From IMG/VR virus record IMGVR_UViG_3300032332_001787, positions 64,001 through 128,000 of that record: 64,000 bases of DNA; one strand, written 5' to 3'. The notes beneath the pieces were generated by a model. The model was not told where the DNA came from, did not search any database, and was given only the letters and a program-made list of their open reading frames with translations. How positions within the stretch are numbered: position 1 is the stretch's first letter; each line of letters opens with the position of its first letter. A program made the translations under genes and the position numbers. Of the stretch, positions 25,492 to 34,438 are shown piece by piece. The DNA comes from a virus. Its lineage: Duplodnaviria > Caudoviricetes.

Positions 25492-28173
25492 ATGAAGTTG
25501 GCAGATAGGACGATTGAGACTCACAGCGTTGGAGTTGCAAGCAGGAATCAGTTTAATATTGCTCAGACGAGCAAAATGTTTAAAATCCTTTCAGACTCTC
25601 TTTATTCTGATAAGGTTATGGCTGCAATTCGTGAGCTTTCTACTAATGCTTATGATAGTCATATCTCTGCCGGGAATAAGAACCCCTTTAAGGTGACTTT
25701 GCCCACTGCTGCTAATCCCACTTTTGTGGTGAGAGATTATGGTACTGGTCTTAGTCAGGCCGATATGGAGGACTTGTACACAACCTATGGAGCATCCAAC
25801 AAGAATGATAGTAATGATTTTGTTGGTTGCCTTGGTCTAGGGTCTAAGAGTCCGTTTGCCTATACCAAAAGCTTCACTACTGCATCATATTATAACGGTA
25901 AGAAGTATACCTATATTGCGGCGATTGATGAGAGTGGTGTTCCTACTCTGAATCTTTTTAATACTTCAGATACGTCTGAGCCTAATGGTCTTGAGATTAG
26001 TTTTGCTGTTAAGCAGCATGACTTTCAAGAATTTACGGATAAAGCTAAGAGAATCTTTCATTATTTCCGTATGAAACCCATCCTTGAGGGTGGTATCGGT
26101 AATAATCTTCAAGATCATAAGTATAGCAACACCAACATTATCATTAGTGGTGAAGGTTGGAGGGTTTGCCGACTCAACAATGATAATAGCTATTTTCCTA
26201 ATGGCTATCATCGAATTGATAGTGGTATCGTAGCTATCATGGGTAATATTGCTTATCCTGTTCAGGCCGCACAGATTGTTGGTCAAGAGAAGGATGAGAT
26301 GCCCGATCATATCCAGAAGTGGAATAGAGCTTTCCAGAAAGCAGATATTGATTCTTGGAAGAGCTTCGTGGGAGAGATTCTTAACTCTGGTCTTTATCTT
26401 GAGCTTGATTTTGGTATCGGTGAATTGGAGATGGATGTTTCCCGTGAAGGTTTGCAGTATACCAAGGATGTTATCAAGACTCTGCGTAAAAAGACTCAAG
26501 AAATTTATATGGAGATGAAGGAAGAATTCTCCAAGAAGATCAAATCTGCCCAGAATAAGGTAGAAGCAATTACTTCATACTATACTATGAATGAATTGGC
26601 TGGCGGCTGGGGTGTTGGTGCTACTTGGACTGATCCCAAGGGCAAAGACCATCCTATCAACTCTGGCAATGACTTGGAATATAAAATTCCTGCCGGTAAG
26701 AGTCTGTACGTTTTTAATTATAAGACTGCTGGCTATCGTTCTCGTCGCCAAGTTGCTATGACAGATAGAATCCATCACGAAACCCTTACTGGTAAAGGTT
26801 CCTATTATTGGAATAACCAGAAGAAGAAGGGTAAGATGAGTTTCTTTGTGTGTGATGTTGCTAGTGAAGAAAGTGCCAAGAAGATTCTTACAAGGTTTTG
26901 TAATGCGAACGATTGCTTTGCTTATCTGATGATCGACACTAAGGATCATACAAAAAGCAATGAGGGTTTTGATCAACTGATCGAAGATGTTGGTGCTGAA
27001 AATCTGCTAAAGGTTTCAGACTATAAGCATCTGACACAAAGTTCTGGCCCAAGAAAGTCTTACAGTAGAAATTCTAATGGTAGTGTCAGTGATCAAGATG
27101 TATTCTTTATCTATGGTCACGATAAGGACAGTAAGCAGATTACAAATCCTTATAATGATGCTACATATTTGAGAATTCTGTCAGAAGAACAGCTAGAGAA
27201 TTTTCTGGAACAAGATGAGATTGTTTATGTTCCCATGCTGAGATATGGAACTGAGTCTGAGTCTGGTTGTCCAGAGATTTGTAGCATTACTAGAACTCTC
27301 CAAGAAGATACTCTGAAGAGCATAGTCAAGGATTTGGTTGGCAATAGTAAGATTTATGCTATCAAAACAGCTTTCATTAAAAAGCTTGAGAAGGATGGTT
27401 ATAATCTTGTTAACTTCAATGATTTTTTGAAGCGTCAACTCAAAATTGTAACACAAAAGCACTTTAAGAATCTTGGTTCTATCAACAAGCTTGTTGAATA
27501 TTGCAAGAAGGATTATGCAACAGAGGAGAAGAATGGTGGGGGATACAGATATTATCAGCACGGAACAACGGATAAGCAGTTTATGTTTCATATTCTGAAT
27601 ATCTTTGGTCTGGATTATGATAAGTTTATTAACAACAAGACTCTTGTTGATTGCTTGAATAAAACTATCCTCACAGAGTTCTTTGCTAATACTGTTCATC
27701 TCAGTCCTTTTAATATTCCACGATTCAGTCAAACAGAATATCTTTCTCATATCTCTAGGCTTATGAAAGAGGCTGGGATTGAAGATGTTGACAGTAAAGA
27801 GATTCGTAATGCTAATTTGGCCTATAATACTTTGACACGTATGATTACTGATCATTTGTATTGTGTGCCAAATACAGACAAGGCAGAAGGTTTTGTCAAA
27901 ATTATTCGTGGAACTTCTACTCAAGATATTAAAACATGGAAAATCTCTGAGATTAGGGAAAAGATTAAGACTGAGGTAGATAAGAATCCTATGCTGAAAC
28001 TTATTATGGGCAATCATCAAGTCTCTGGTAATCTGGTAGATCTTAAGTCTAGTCAGAATCCTATTATCGAAGATCGTTCATATTATGGAAAACAGAGTAG
28101 GGATTGGGTTGAACAAATGAGCCAGGAAAATATTGACCTATTTAAGATTCAGTTGAGTAGTTTGATCAAGTAG
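25492..28173 (+). CDS. rIIA: rIIA-like protein (N-terminal GHKL/Hsp90-like ATPase)
   Basis: LSDSLYSDKVMAAIRELSTNAYD, VRDYGTGLS, GCLGLGSKSPFAYT; upstream of rIIB. Confidence 0.85.
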   Translation: MKLADRTIETHSVGVASRNQFNIAQTSKMFKILSDSLYSDKVMAAIRELSTNAYDSHISAGNKNPFKVTLPTAANPTFVVRDYGTGLSQADMEDLYTTYGASNKNDSNDFVGCLGLGSKSPFAYTKSFTTASYYNGKKYTYIAAIDESGVPTLNLFNTSDTSEPNGLEISFAVKQHDFQEFTDKAKRIFHYFRMKPILEGGIGNNLQDHKYSNTNIIISGEGWRVCRLNNDNSYFPNGYHRIDSGIVAIMGNIAYPVQAAQIVGQEKDEMPDHIQKWNRAFQKADIDSWKSFVGEILNSGLYLELDFGIGELEMDVSREGLQYTKDVIKTLRKKTQEIYMEMKEEFSKKIKSAQNKVEAITSYYTMNELAGGWGVGATWTDPKGKDHPINSGNDLEYKIPAGKSLYVFNYKTAGYRSRRQVAMTDRIHHETLTGKGSYYWNNQKKKGKMSFFVCDVASEESAKKILTRFCNANDCFAYLMIDTKDHTKSNEGFDQLIEDVGAENLLKVSDYKHLTQSSGPRKSYSRNSNGSVSDQDVFFIYGHDKDSKQITNPYNDATYLRILSEEQLENFLEQDEIVYVPMLRYGTESESGCPEICSITRTLQEDTLKSIVKDLVGNSKIYAIKTAFIKKLEKDGYNLVNFNDFLKRQLKIVTQKHFKNLGSINKLVEYCKKDYATEEKNGGGYRYYQHGTTDKQFMFHILNIFGLDYDKFINNKTLVDCLNKTILTEFFANTVHLSPFNIPRFSQTEYLSHISRLMKEAGIEDVDSKEIRNANLAYNTLTRMITDHLYCVPNTDKAEGFVKIIRGTSTQDIKTWKISEIREKIKTEVDKNPMLKLIMGNHQVSGNLVDLKSSQNPIIEDRSYYGKQSRDWVEQMSQENIDLFKIQLSSLIK

Positions 28174-28194
28174 TCAGAAATTTCTCAAGACCCC

Positions 28195-28222
28195 TTGACA
28201 AGCTTGCCGATTAGTGTAAAAT
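28195..28222 (+). promoter_or_regulatory. sigma70-type promoter
   Basis: TTGACA-N16-TAAAAT, spacer contains GCCGAT. Confidence 0.75.
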
Positions 28223-28264
28223 GACAGTATCACAGGTATCGTAACTAACACAGGAGTTTGGATT

Positions 28265-29143
28265 ATGGCTGTTCCGTTTATGTTTGTGGATGGTAATTTG
28301 ACGCTGGTTCTTAATAACCAGAGTTATCAGGTATTGCCGGATCATATCAACTATAAGTTGATTCTGGAAAGACTTCCCTCTGCTACGGCAGAGGAATTGT
28401 TGGAAGTTGTTGATGTTCAAAAGGCTGTTGTCTCTTTCAGCGATGGTCTTGTGGAGATCAAGAATGGACAGGTTCTTTATGAAGGTGAGGAGGTTCATGG
28501 TAGTATTAGTAAGAGAATTTTGGAGTTTATGAGCAAGGGATTGCCATTCCAGCCCCTCGTCAATTTCCTGAATAATCTCATGGAAAATCCAAGTATGCAG
28601 AGTCAGAAGGAACTGTATGATTTCTTGGAACATGAGCATCTGCCTATCACTGAGGACGGTTTCTTCCTTGCTTATAAGGCTGTTCGTTCAGATTTTAAGG
28701 ATAAGTATAGGGGAGTTTTTGACAATAGGGTTGGTCAGGTCTGCACAATGCAACGAGCAAAGGTAGATGATGATCGTGGTCGTGGTTGTTCTAATGGACT
28801 TCATGCTGGAGCATTGAATTATGTTGCTGGTTATGGTAGTCTGGAAGCTGGCGACCGCATTGTGATCGTCAAGATTAATCCCAAGGATGTTGTCAGCGTC
28901 CCTAGTGATTGTAACTATGAAAAGCTCCGCACTTGTCGCTACGAAGTAGTTGGCGAGTATGAGGGTGAATTGCTCAAGCCTCTTTATAAGGCTGATTTTA
29001 GTCAGGACGATTATGACAATGATGAGGATGATTATCTGAATGATTATGATGAGAGTTATTGGGATCAGTTTGATGAAGAAGAAGAAGAAGAAGAAGATGA
29101 TAATGATGATGAAGATTATGACGATGAAGATGACCAGTATTGA
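28265..29143 (+). CDS. rIIB: rIIB-like protein
   Basis: LPITEDGFFLAYK, CSNGLHAG, VKINPKDVVSVPSDC, KLRTCRYEV; acidic tail. Confidence 0.88.
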   Translation: MAVPFMFVDGNLTLVLNNQSYQVLPDHINYKLILERLPSATAEELLEVVDVQKAVVSFSDGLVEIKNGQVLYEGEEVHGSISKRILEFMSKGLPFQPLVNFLNNLMENPSMQSQKELYDFLEHEHLPITEDGFFLAYKAVRSDFKDKYRGVFDNRVGQVCTMQRAKVDDDRGRGCSNGLHAGALNYVAGYGSLEAGDRIVIVKINPKDVVSVPSDCNYEKLRTCRYEVVGEYEGELLKPLYKADFSQDDYDNDEDDYLNDYDESYWDQFDEEEEEEEDDNDDEDYDDEDDQY

Positions 29144-29156
29144 TTCTTGATAGTCA

Positions 29157-29237
29157 AGGTGGTGTTTGGAACTTGTAAGATAGTACCTATATAGTTTTTA
29201 CTATCATACAATAACGGTTCGATTCCGTTACCATCTT
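29157..29237 (+). ncRNA. tRNA-like element resembling tmRNA tRNA-like domain
   Basis: 7-bp acceptor AGGTGGT/ACCATCT, stemless GG loop, 12-bp interrupted stem, T arm AACGG-TTCGATT-CCGTT. Confidence 0.6.
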
Positions 29238-29317
29238 TTAAGATATTGCTTTTGATGGTAGTGTTTACTGTCCCAATATCAAAAATGTAGATAGGAAGTT
29301 GGAAAAAGGAATAACAA

Positions 29318-30472
29318 ATGTTTAGCGATACTTTGACTTTTAATCCGTTCGATAAGACTCATAGTGCTATTGGTACAAAAGATCAGATTGCTTTGCGAAA
29401 TAAATTTTTTGATTCTTTTGGTGGTCAGCAGATTTTTTGCTATAATGGTGATCCTCGTAAGAAGATCAGTAGTATGAATCATACAGATCATCTTACCACT
29501 GTTGCTATTGCCAATGATAGTCAAGGTGCTGATGCTTACTTCTATGTTAATGGTGGACGTAAGCAATATGCTATTAGTAGAATTCGTGCTTGTTTTGTTG
29601 ATATGGATGCTGGACGAGATGATCAGGGTCGTTATTTTAAGCCCAGTATCGTCATGCAAAAGAAAAAGGAATTCTTGAACCAAATCAATAACTTTCCTGT
29701 AAAGCCAAGTTGGGTTGTTGATACTCGTAATGGTTATCAGTGCTATTGGATTCTAAACCAAAACAATATAAATCCTCACAAGACTTATTGGAATGGTATT
29801 CAAAAGAAACTAGTAAACCACTTTGGTGGTGATGCCCGAGCTATCAAGATTAATCAGATTTATAGAATCCCTTATACTTGGTGGAGGAAGGGTTGGGAAG
29901 GAAAACAACCTTATTTTACTAGTATTTTGTCGGGATCAACTGGTGATTGGGTAAATATTGAACAGCTTAAAGAAGCTCTTGACGGAGTTTCTGCTGTGGT
30001 TAATATTGTTGCTAATAAGACTAGTGACGAATGGTTTAAGGAATATGCTAAAGCTTATAAGAGATCCGATGTTACTGGAGTTCCGGTTTCAGTTAATGTT
30101 GCTGCAACTATTGCCAGTCAGATGAACTCTTTAAACCCTAACACCTATACCAATAGCACAGACGATATCAAGAAGTATAACAATTCTAAGTATGTTTATA
30201 CTAGTAGCGGCGCTCTGTTCAATAAGGCTTATGGTGATCCTACTCCAGTATCTCCTGTGGTTGAGGATGATACAGATTCTCTTGGGACGCTTCCTGCTGA
30301 CGCTGGAGGCGAGGATTTAGATCTTGACGGTTCACAGACCAAGCTTTTAAAGACGGTCGTGGAGTTCCTTAATCAAGTCTCAACGCCCCTCTACTTTAGC
30401 AACAATAGATTCCTATCTAATGCTGCTAAAGAACTAGCGTCTAAGATCAGTGACAAATTTTGTATCGGTTGA
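29318..30472 (+). CDS. RepB-like primase domain protein
   Basis: ACFVDMD, PSWVVDTRNGYQCYW, FGGD.RA...RIP. Confidence 0.7.
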   Translation: MFSDTLTFNPFDKTHSAIGTKDQIALRNKFFDSFGGQQIFCYNGDPRKKISSMNHTDHLTTVAIANDSQGADAYFYVNGGRKQYAISRIRACFVDMDAGRDDQGRYFKPSIVMQKKKEFLNQINNFPVKPSWVVDTRNGYQCYWILNQNNINPHKTYWNGIQKKLVNHFGGDARAIKINQIYRIPYTWWRKGWEGKQPYFTSILSGSTGDWVNIEQLKEALDGVSAVVNIVANKTSDEWFKEYAKAYKRSDVTGVPVSVNVAATIASQMNSLNPNTYTNSTDDIKKYNNSKYVYTSSGALFNKAYGDPTPVSPVVEDDTDSLGTLPADAGGEDLDLDGSQTKLLKTVVEFLNQVSTPLYFSNNRFLSNAAKELASKISDKFCIG

Positions 30473-30479
30473 GGGTTTA

Positions 30480-30516
30480 GTGTCAGGGGTATTGGGAGTC
30501 CCATACCCTTTGACAC
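30480..30516 (+). terminator. hairpin, probable terminator
   Basis: GTGTCA-GGGGTAT-TGGG / CCCA-TACCCT-TGACAC after stop. Confidence 0.5.
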
Positions 30517-30541
30517 AACCAATATATAAAGGAGAAAACAA

Positions 30542-30796
30542 ATGGGTAGACATACTAATCCACTTTTGCAACTTTTATTATCTGATGAAGAAGCGAAGAA
30601 AAAGTTTATTGAATTGATGAGCGAGCTAGGATCAGCAAAAGATCTTTATCATTATTTTGAAGAAAACAAGTTTTATGGTAATAAGTACTATCTTAGTTGC
30701 CAAACAATTAATAATATCATAAAGAGATTAGGATTTAAAGGCCGCAGAGGCCGTAATCGCCACGGAGTTCCTCAAAATAGATATAGCTATAGGTAA
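30542..30796 (+). CDS. small basic hypothetical protein
   Basis: AAGGAG RBS; HTH-like LSCQTINNIIKRLG. Confidence 0.65.
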   Translation: MGRHTNPLLQLLLSDEEAKKKFIELMSELGSAKDLYHYFEENKFYGNKYYLSCQTINNIIKRLGFKGRRGRNRHGVPQNRYSYR

Positions 30797-30801
30797 ATAC
30801 T

Positions 30802-31212
30802 ATGCACGAAGATTATGAAGAGGACAACTACGACAATCACGATAATAGTCAGGACAATTTAGAGAGTCATTATAAAAAATACTTCAAGTTTGATCCCGAT
30901 GCTTGGGACGCTTGGGGAAAAATGTTATATGATGCTTTGAATGAAATAGTTGAGTATCCTTCAAATGTATGGTATATTGGCCCGAGCTTTCCGAAAGGTT
31001 CGTTACCTGTGAATGATTACTTCTCCAAGTCAGGGAACTTCAAAAATTCACTGTATTTGGGGAATAATCATTATAAAGAACCAATATACAAAAAAATATA
31101 CTTTGTTCATGATAAATTGAATAGTGAGTATAAAAATCATTTAAGAACACATGCAGTTCACTTTTTACAACAACCAAACTACTATAATGGTATGTTTGAT
31201 ATTTTAAATTGA
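30802..31212 (+). CDS. hypothetical protein
   Basis: ORF. Confidence 0.65.
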   Translation: MHEDYEEDNYDNHDNSQDNLESHYKKYFKFDPDAWDAWGKMLYDALNEIVEYPSNVWYIGPSFPKGSLPVNDYFSKSGNFKNSLYLGNNHYKEPIYKKIYFVHDKLNSEYKNHLRTHAVHFLQQPNYYNGMFDILN

Positions 31213-31218
31213 GGAATA

Positions 31219-31470
31219 GTGATGTTACCAGCAACATTTTTATATTTATCGATGTTTTTCAGTTCATTGACTGAAACTTCTTTTATTGCTTATGATTTAG
31301 CTACCCATATGAGCAAAGCACAAAGGGTAGAATGGTCAAAAATGACTGACGATTCTGGTAATGTGAGATTTACTATTACTTTTCATAAAATGCCGATATT
31401 AGCAGAATTAGGTTTTGAAAGAACTTTTGTGGACAAACACAACAACTGTCAGTCAGAATTAAGGAAATGA
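31219..31470 (+). CDS. hypothetical protein, possible signal peptide
   Basis: ORF with GAGG RBS. Confidence 0.6.
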   Translation: MMLPATFLYLSMFFSSLTETSFIAYDLATHMSKAQRVEWSKMTDDSGNVRFTITFHKMPILAELGFERTFVDKHNNCQSELRK

Positions 31471-31712
31471 ATATGAATACTTATTTTGAAGTAAAATTTA
31501 ATAGAGTCGAATATAATAAAGTAGTTGATAGTATGTCCGAAGTAATTTTGTTAATAGCAAAGAGTCTAAATGAAGATAGGGCTATAGCAGAAATAGTTGT
31601 GGAGAAAGACAAGAAAACCGATAGAGTAACAACCATTTACAAACCAGACTTCTCTGCTAAACTCAGATGGACAGAGATTCCTAAATACGAAGGAGAAACT
31701 CTGGTATCATGA
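31467..31712 (+). CDS. hypothetical protein
   Basis: ORF. Confidence 0.65.
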   Translation: MNMNTYFEVKFNRVEYNKVVDSMSEVILLIAKSLNEDRAIAEIVVEKDKKTDRVTTIYKPDFSAKLRWTEIPKYEGETLVS

Positions 31713-32131
31713 GTAAAGATCAGTGGTTTTTTATTAATGATTTTGATGAATTTGTAGACCATTCAAGGTCATTAGTCTTTAAGTTTTTTGGAGAAGTCAA
31801 TAATATAGCTGATGATTCAATGACAGCTTCATTGGCAAAATTGAGTCATGAAGAAATAAAGGAAATGGATGAAACTCTGACTCATGAAGAATCAGCAACT
31901 ATTATTAAAAATCACGCAAAACAACAAATTAATAGAAAAACAAAACAAATAAGATATTGTCTTACAGATAAACTATTACAATCAATTATAGAAGATCTGA
32001 ATAGTAGAATGGTTAGCAATATATTAAACTCATTGGTTAATAAAGGTATTCTTGATAGTGCTTATGATGACGAACAAAACGATTTTATTTTTTGGGTAAA
32101 AGAAGAAAAACAAAAACCTGAAAATAATTGA
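31709..32131 (+). CDS. hypothetical protein, CAWD family paralog 3
   Basis: LVNKGILDSAYDDEQNDFIFW. Confidence 0.7.
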   Translation: MSKDQWFFINDFDEFVDHSRSLVFKFFGEVNNIADDSMTASLAKLSHEEIKEMDETLTHEESATIIKNHAKQQINRKTKQIRYCLTDKLLQSIIEDLNSRMVSNILNSLVNKGILDSAYDDEQNDFIFWVKEEKQKPENN

Positions 32132-32187
32132 AATTGGTTGGTAGTAACACATTGGTTAAATAACATTTACTTTGGAGATAAGATAGT

Positions 32188-33105
32188 ATGGCTAATGCAA
32201 TTAGGCCCACGAAATTTAGTGAAATTACTGGTCAGTCAGAGGTTATAACAAGACTAGGAATTATCGTTGCAGGCTGTAAAAATTCAGCGGGCGTGATGCC
32301 TCATGTTTTAATAGATGGCCCGCCGGGGCTTGGAAAGACCACCATTGCCAGTGCCATAGCAACAGAGATGGGAGTGAATCTATATACCATCAATGGAGCG
32401 GGCATCCGCAGTATTAAAAATATTCTTCCGTATCTTACTGGCATGGAACCAAGGTCAGTATTATTTATTGATGAAATTCATAGACTTCCTAAAATTGTTG
32501 AAGAATTTCTATATCCTGTCATGGAGGATTTTGTTTTAAATATCACTGTTAAAGGTGATGATGATAAGGATAAGCCAGAAACTATCGAACTGCCAATGTT
32601 TACTGTGGTAGGGGCTACAACTAGCGGAGGTTCTCTAAGTCAACCTTTCTATGATAGATTTCAAATTAAAGAACATTTGTCTTTCTATAATGAAACTGAT
32701 CTAGCTAAATTAGCCCGGTTAAACGCAACTAAGCTCGGACTAATGATAAATGATGATGATCTTTTAGAAATAGCCAAAAGAAGTAAAGGAACACCTAGAA
32801 TCTTAAATGCTAGGCTTCAATGGTATAAGAACTGCGTTGCTTATTACCCAGACAAAGTAATGACTGTTGATGATATTTTTATTAATCAAGGTATTGATAA
32901 AGATGGTCTAGATGTGTATGATAAGATGTATCTTAAGGTTTTAGCTAGTAGTAAGGGTGCTGCTTTGGGACTAAAGAGTATTTCTTCTTTGACTGGTATT
33001 GCTATTGAAACAATTGAGAATAGCATTGAACCTTATCTCGTCAGAAAAGGTTTTGTTGTAAGAACCCAAAAGGGAAGAGTTATAGGCTCATATAAAAATG
33101 AATGA
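32188..33105 (+). CDS. ruvB: Holliday junction branch migration helicase
   Basis: IRP..F.E..GQ, GPPGLGKTT, FIDEIHRL, EEFLYPVMEDF, GATT, RSKGTPRI, TIENSIEPYL, RTQKGR. Confidence 0.95.
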   Translation: MANAIRPTKFSEITGQSEVITRLGIIVAGCKNSAGVMPHVLIDGPPGLGKTTIASAIATEMGVNLYTINGAGIRSIKNILPYLTGMEPRSVLFIDEIHRLPKIVEEFLYPVMEDFVLNITVKGDDDKDKPETIELPMFTVVGATTSGGSLSQPFYDRFQIKEHLSFYNETDLAKLARLNATKLGLMINDDDLLEIAKRSKGTPRILNARLQWYKNCVAYYPDKVMTVDDIFINQGIDKDGLDVYDKMYLKVLASSKGAALGLKSISSLTGIAIETIENSIEPYLVRKGFVVRTQKGRVIGSYKNE

Positions 33106-33430
33106 AATATCAATATCTATAAACTTACCAACTATGATTTTTTTCTCAATCACACTCCTAGCAATAGGGGTGTGTTTGTTTTTAATAGGCTATTTTTATG
33201 GTTTGTCCAAGATTGGTAATGGTGTATCTAATTTAGTTATAGATAGGCCGAAAAACTTTTTTGGCCATAATGTTACAAAAAATAACAAAATATCTATTGA
33301 CAATACTAAAGTTGTAACAGATATAAAAACTGATAATTTAGAGAAAAAATATGAATCTTTGGGCGAAATCAAAAATTCTGAAGATAATATATCTGAATCA
33401 ATCAATAAACTGAAAAATTTAAAGAGGTGA
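33098..33430 (+). CDS. single-TM protein with C-terminal helical domain
   Basis: TM IFFSITLLAIGVCLFLIGYFYG. Confidence 0.7.
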   Translation: MNEISISINLPTMIFFSITLLAIGVCLFLIGYFYGLSKIGNGVSNLVIDRPKNFFGHNVTKNNKISIDNTKVVTDIKTDNLEKKYESLGEIKNSEDNISESINKLKNLKR

Positions 33431-33433
33431 TTT

Positions 33434-34438
33434 ATGGCTGGATGTGGCTTAGACGTTGGTACAAGCTATATAGTTTTATCAAGAGAAGAAAATAATAATT
33501 TAACATACAAAGATTTTAGAGATGCTTTTTATGTTATCAAGCCTACAACTCCAGTTGCCACCAAGATGATAGAAAAAGGATTAACTGGGAAAGTATTTAT
33601 TAAAGATGCTGACGGATCATTTATTTTGTTGGGTAAAGACGCTATAGAAAAAGCCATAGAAAGAAATGATACAGCAAAAAGACCTATGTATAAAGGGGTA
33701 GTATCTGCTAAGGAAAAGGATGCAAAAAGGGTGTTAGCTTTTATTCTTAAGGAAGTAGTCGGACAAGCTTCGGAGCCCGGTGAAAAGTTAGTCTTTTGTG
33801 TTCCCGCACAACCAGTAGATCAAGAAGATGAAGATTTTGATGTGGGATATCATGAAGATGTTGTAAAAACTATTCTTGCAGAATGTGGCTATAGTGCTAG
33901 AGCTATTAATGAAGCAGAAGCTCTTTGTTATGCTGAGTTAGAAAACGATGAGTACACAGGTATAGCAATTAGCTGTGGCGCAGGAATGACGAATGTTTGT
34001 GTGATGTTAAACGGCGAACCAACAGTAGTATTCAGCACAACCAAAAGCGGAGACTGGATTGATCGTATGAGTGCTGTGGCAACAGGAGAGCCTGACAGTG
34101 TTGTTCAAGCAGAGAAGGAGGGTGGTGGTTTTAAAATCGGAGAGCCTATAGAAAATCCAGTTTTAGGTGCGGTGTCAGCTTATTATGAAAGACTAATTGA
34201 TTATACGACAAAACAATTGTCTGCTGCATTAACTGGGCATAAATCTTTACCTAAATTCAAAGATGCTTTAACCATAGTTGTAGCCGGTGGAACATCACAA
34301 GCTAATGGATATATCGAAGAATTTACTAAAAAATTAGCAGATAATAATTTTCCGCTTAAGATTAAAGTAGTCAGACATGCTGCGGACCCCTTACATGCAG
34401 TTGCTAAAGGATGTTTGATTGCGGCAAAGGTATTATGA
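33434..34438 (+). CDS. actin-like ATPase (MreB/MamK/FtsA superfamily)
   Basis: phosphate-1 GLDVGTS, NEAEA, phosphate-2 SCGAGMT, adenosine VAGGTS, DPLHAVAKG. Confidence 0.85.
   Translation: MAGCGLDVGTSYIVLSREENNNLTYKDFRDAFYVIKPTTPVATKMIEKGLTGKVFIKDADGSFILLGKDAIEKAIERNDTAKRPMYKGVVSAKEKDAKRVLAFILKEVVGQASEPGEKLVFCVPAQPVDQEDEDFDVGYHEDVVKTILAECGYSARAINEAEALCYAELENDEYTGIAISCGAGMTNVCVMLNGEPTVVFSTTKSGDWIDRMSAVATGEPDSVVQAEKEGGGFKIGEPIENPVLGAVSAYYERLIDYTTKQLSAALTGHKSLPKFKDALTIVVAGGTSQANGYIEEFTKKLADNNFPLKIKVVRHAADPLHAVAKGCLIAAKVL

Noticed and set aside
29040-29140. GAA/GAT triplet microsatellite
   Set aside because: Simply encodes the acidic rIIB tail; a similar tail is at 25060-25170.
25966-29683. Long minus-strand ORFs (e.g. 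27193-28020, 25966-26499, 28211-28639, 29279-29683)
   Set aside because: Antisense shadows of rIIA, rIIB and the primase, with no RBS or motifs; caused by codon bias.
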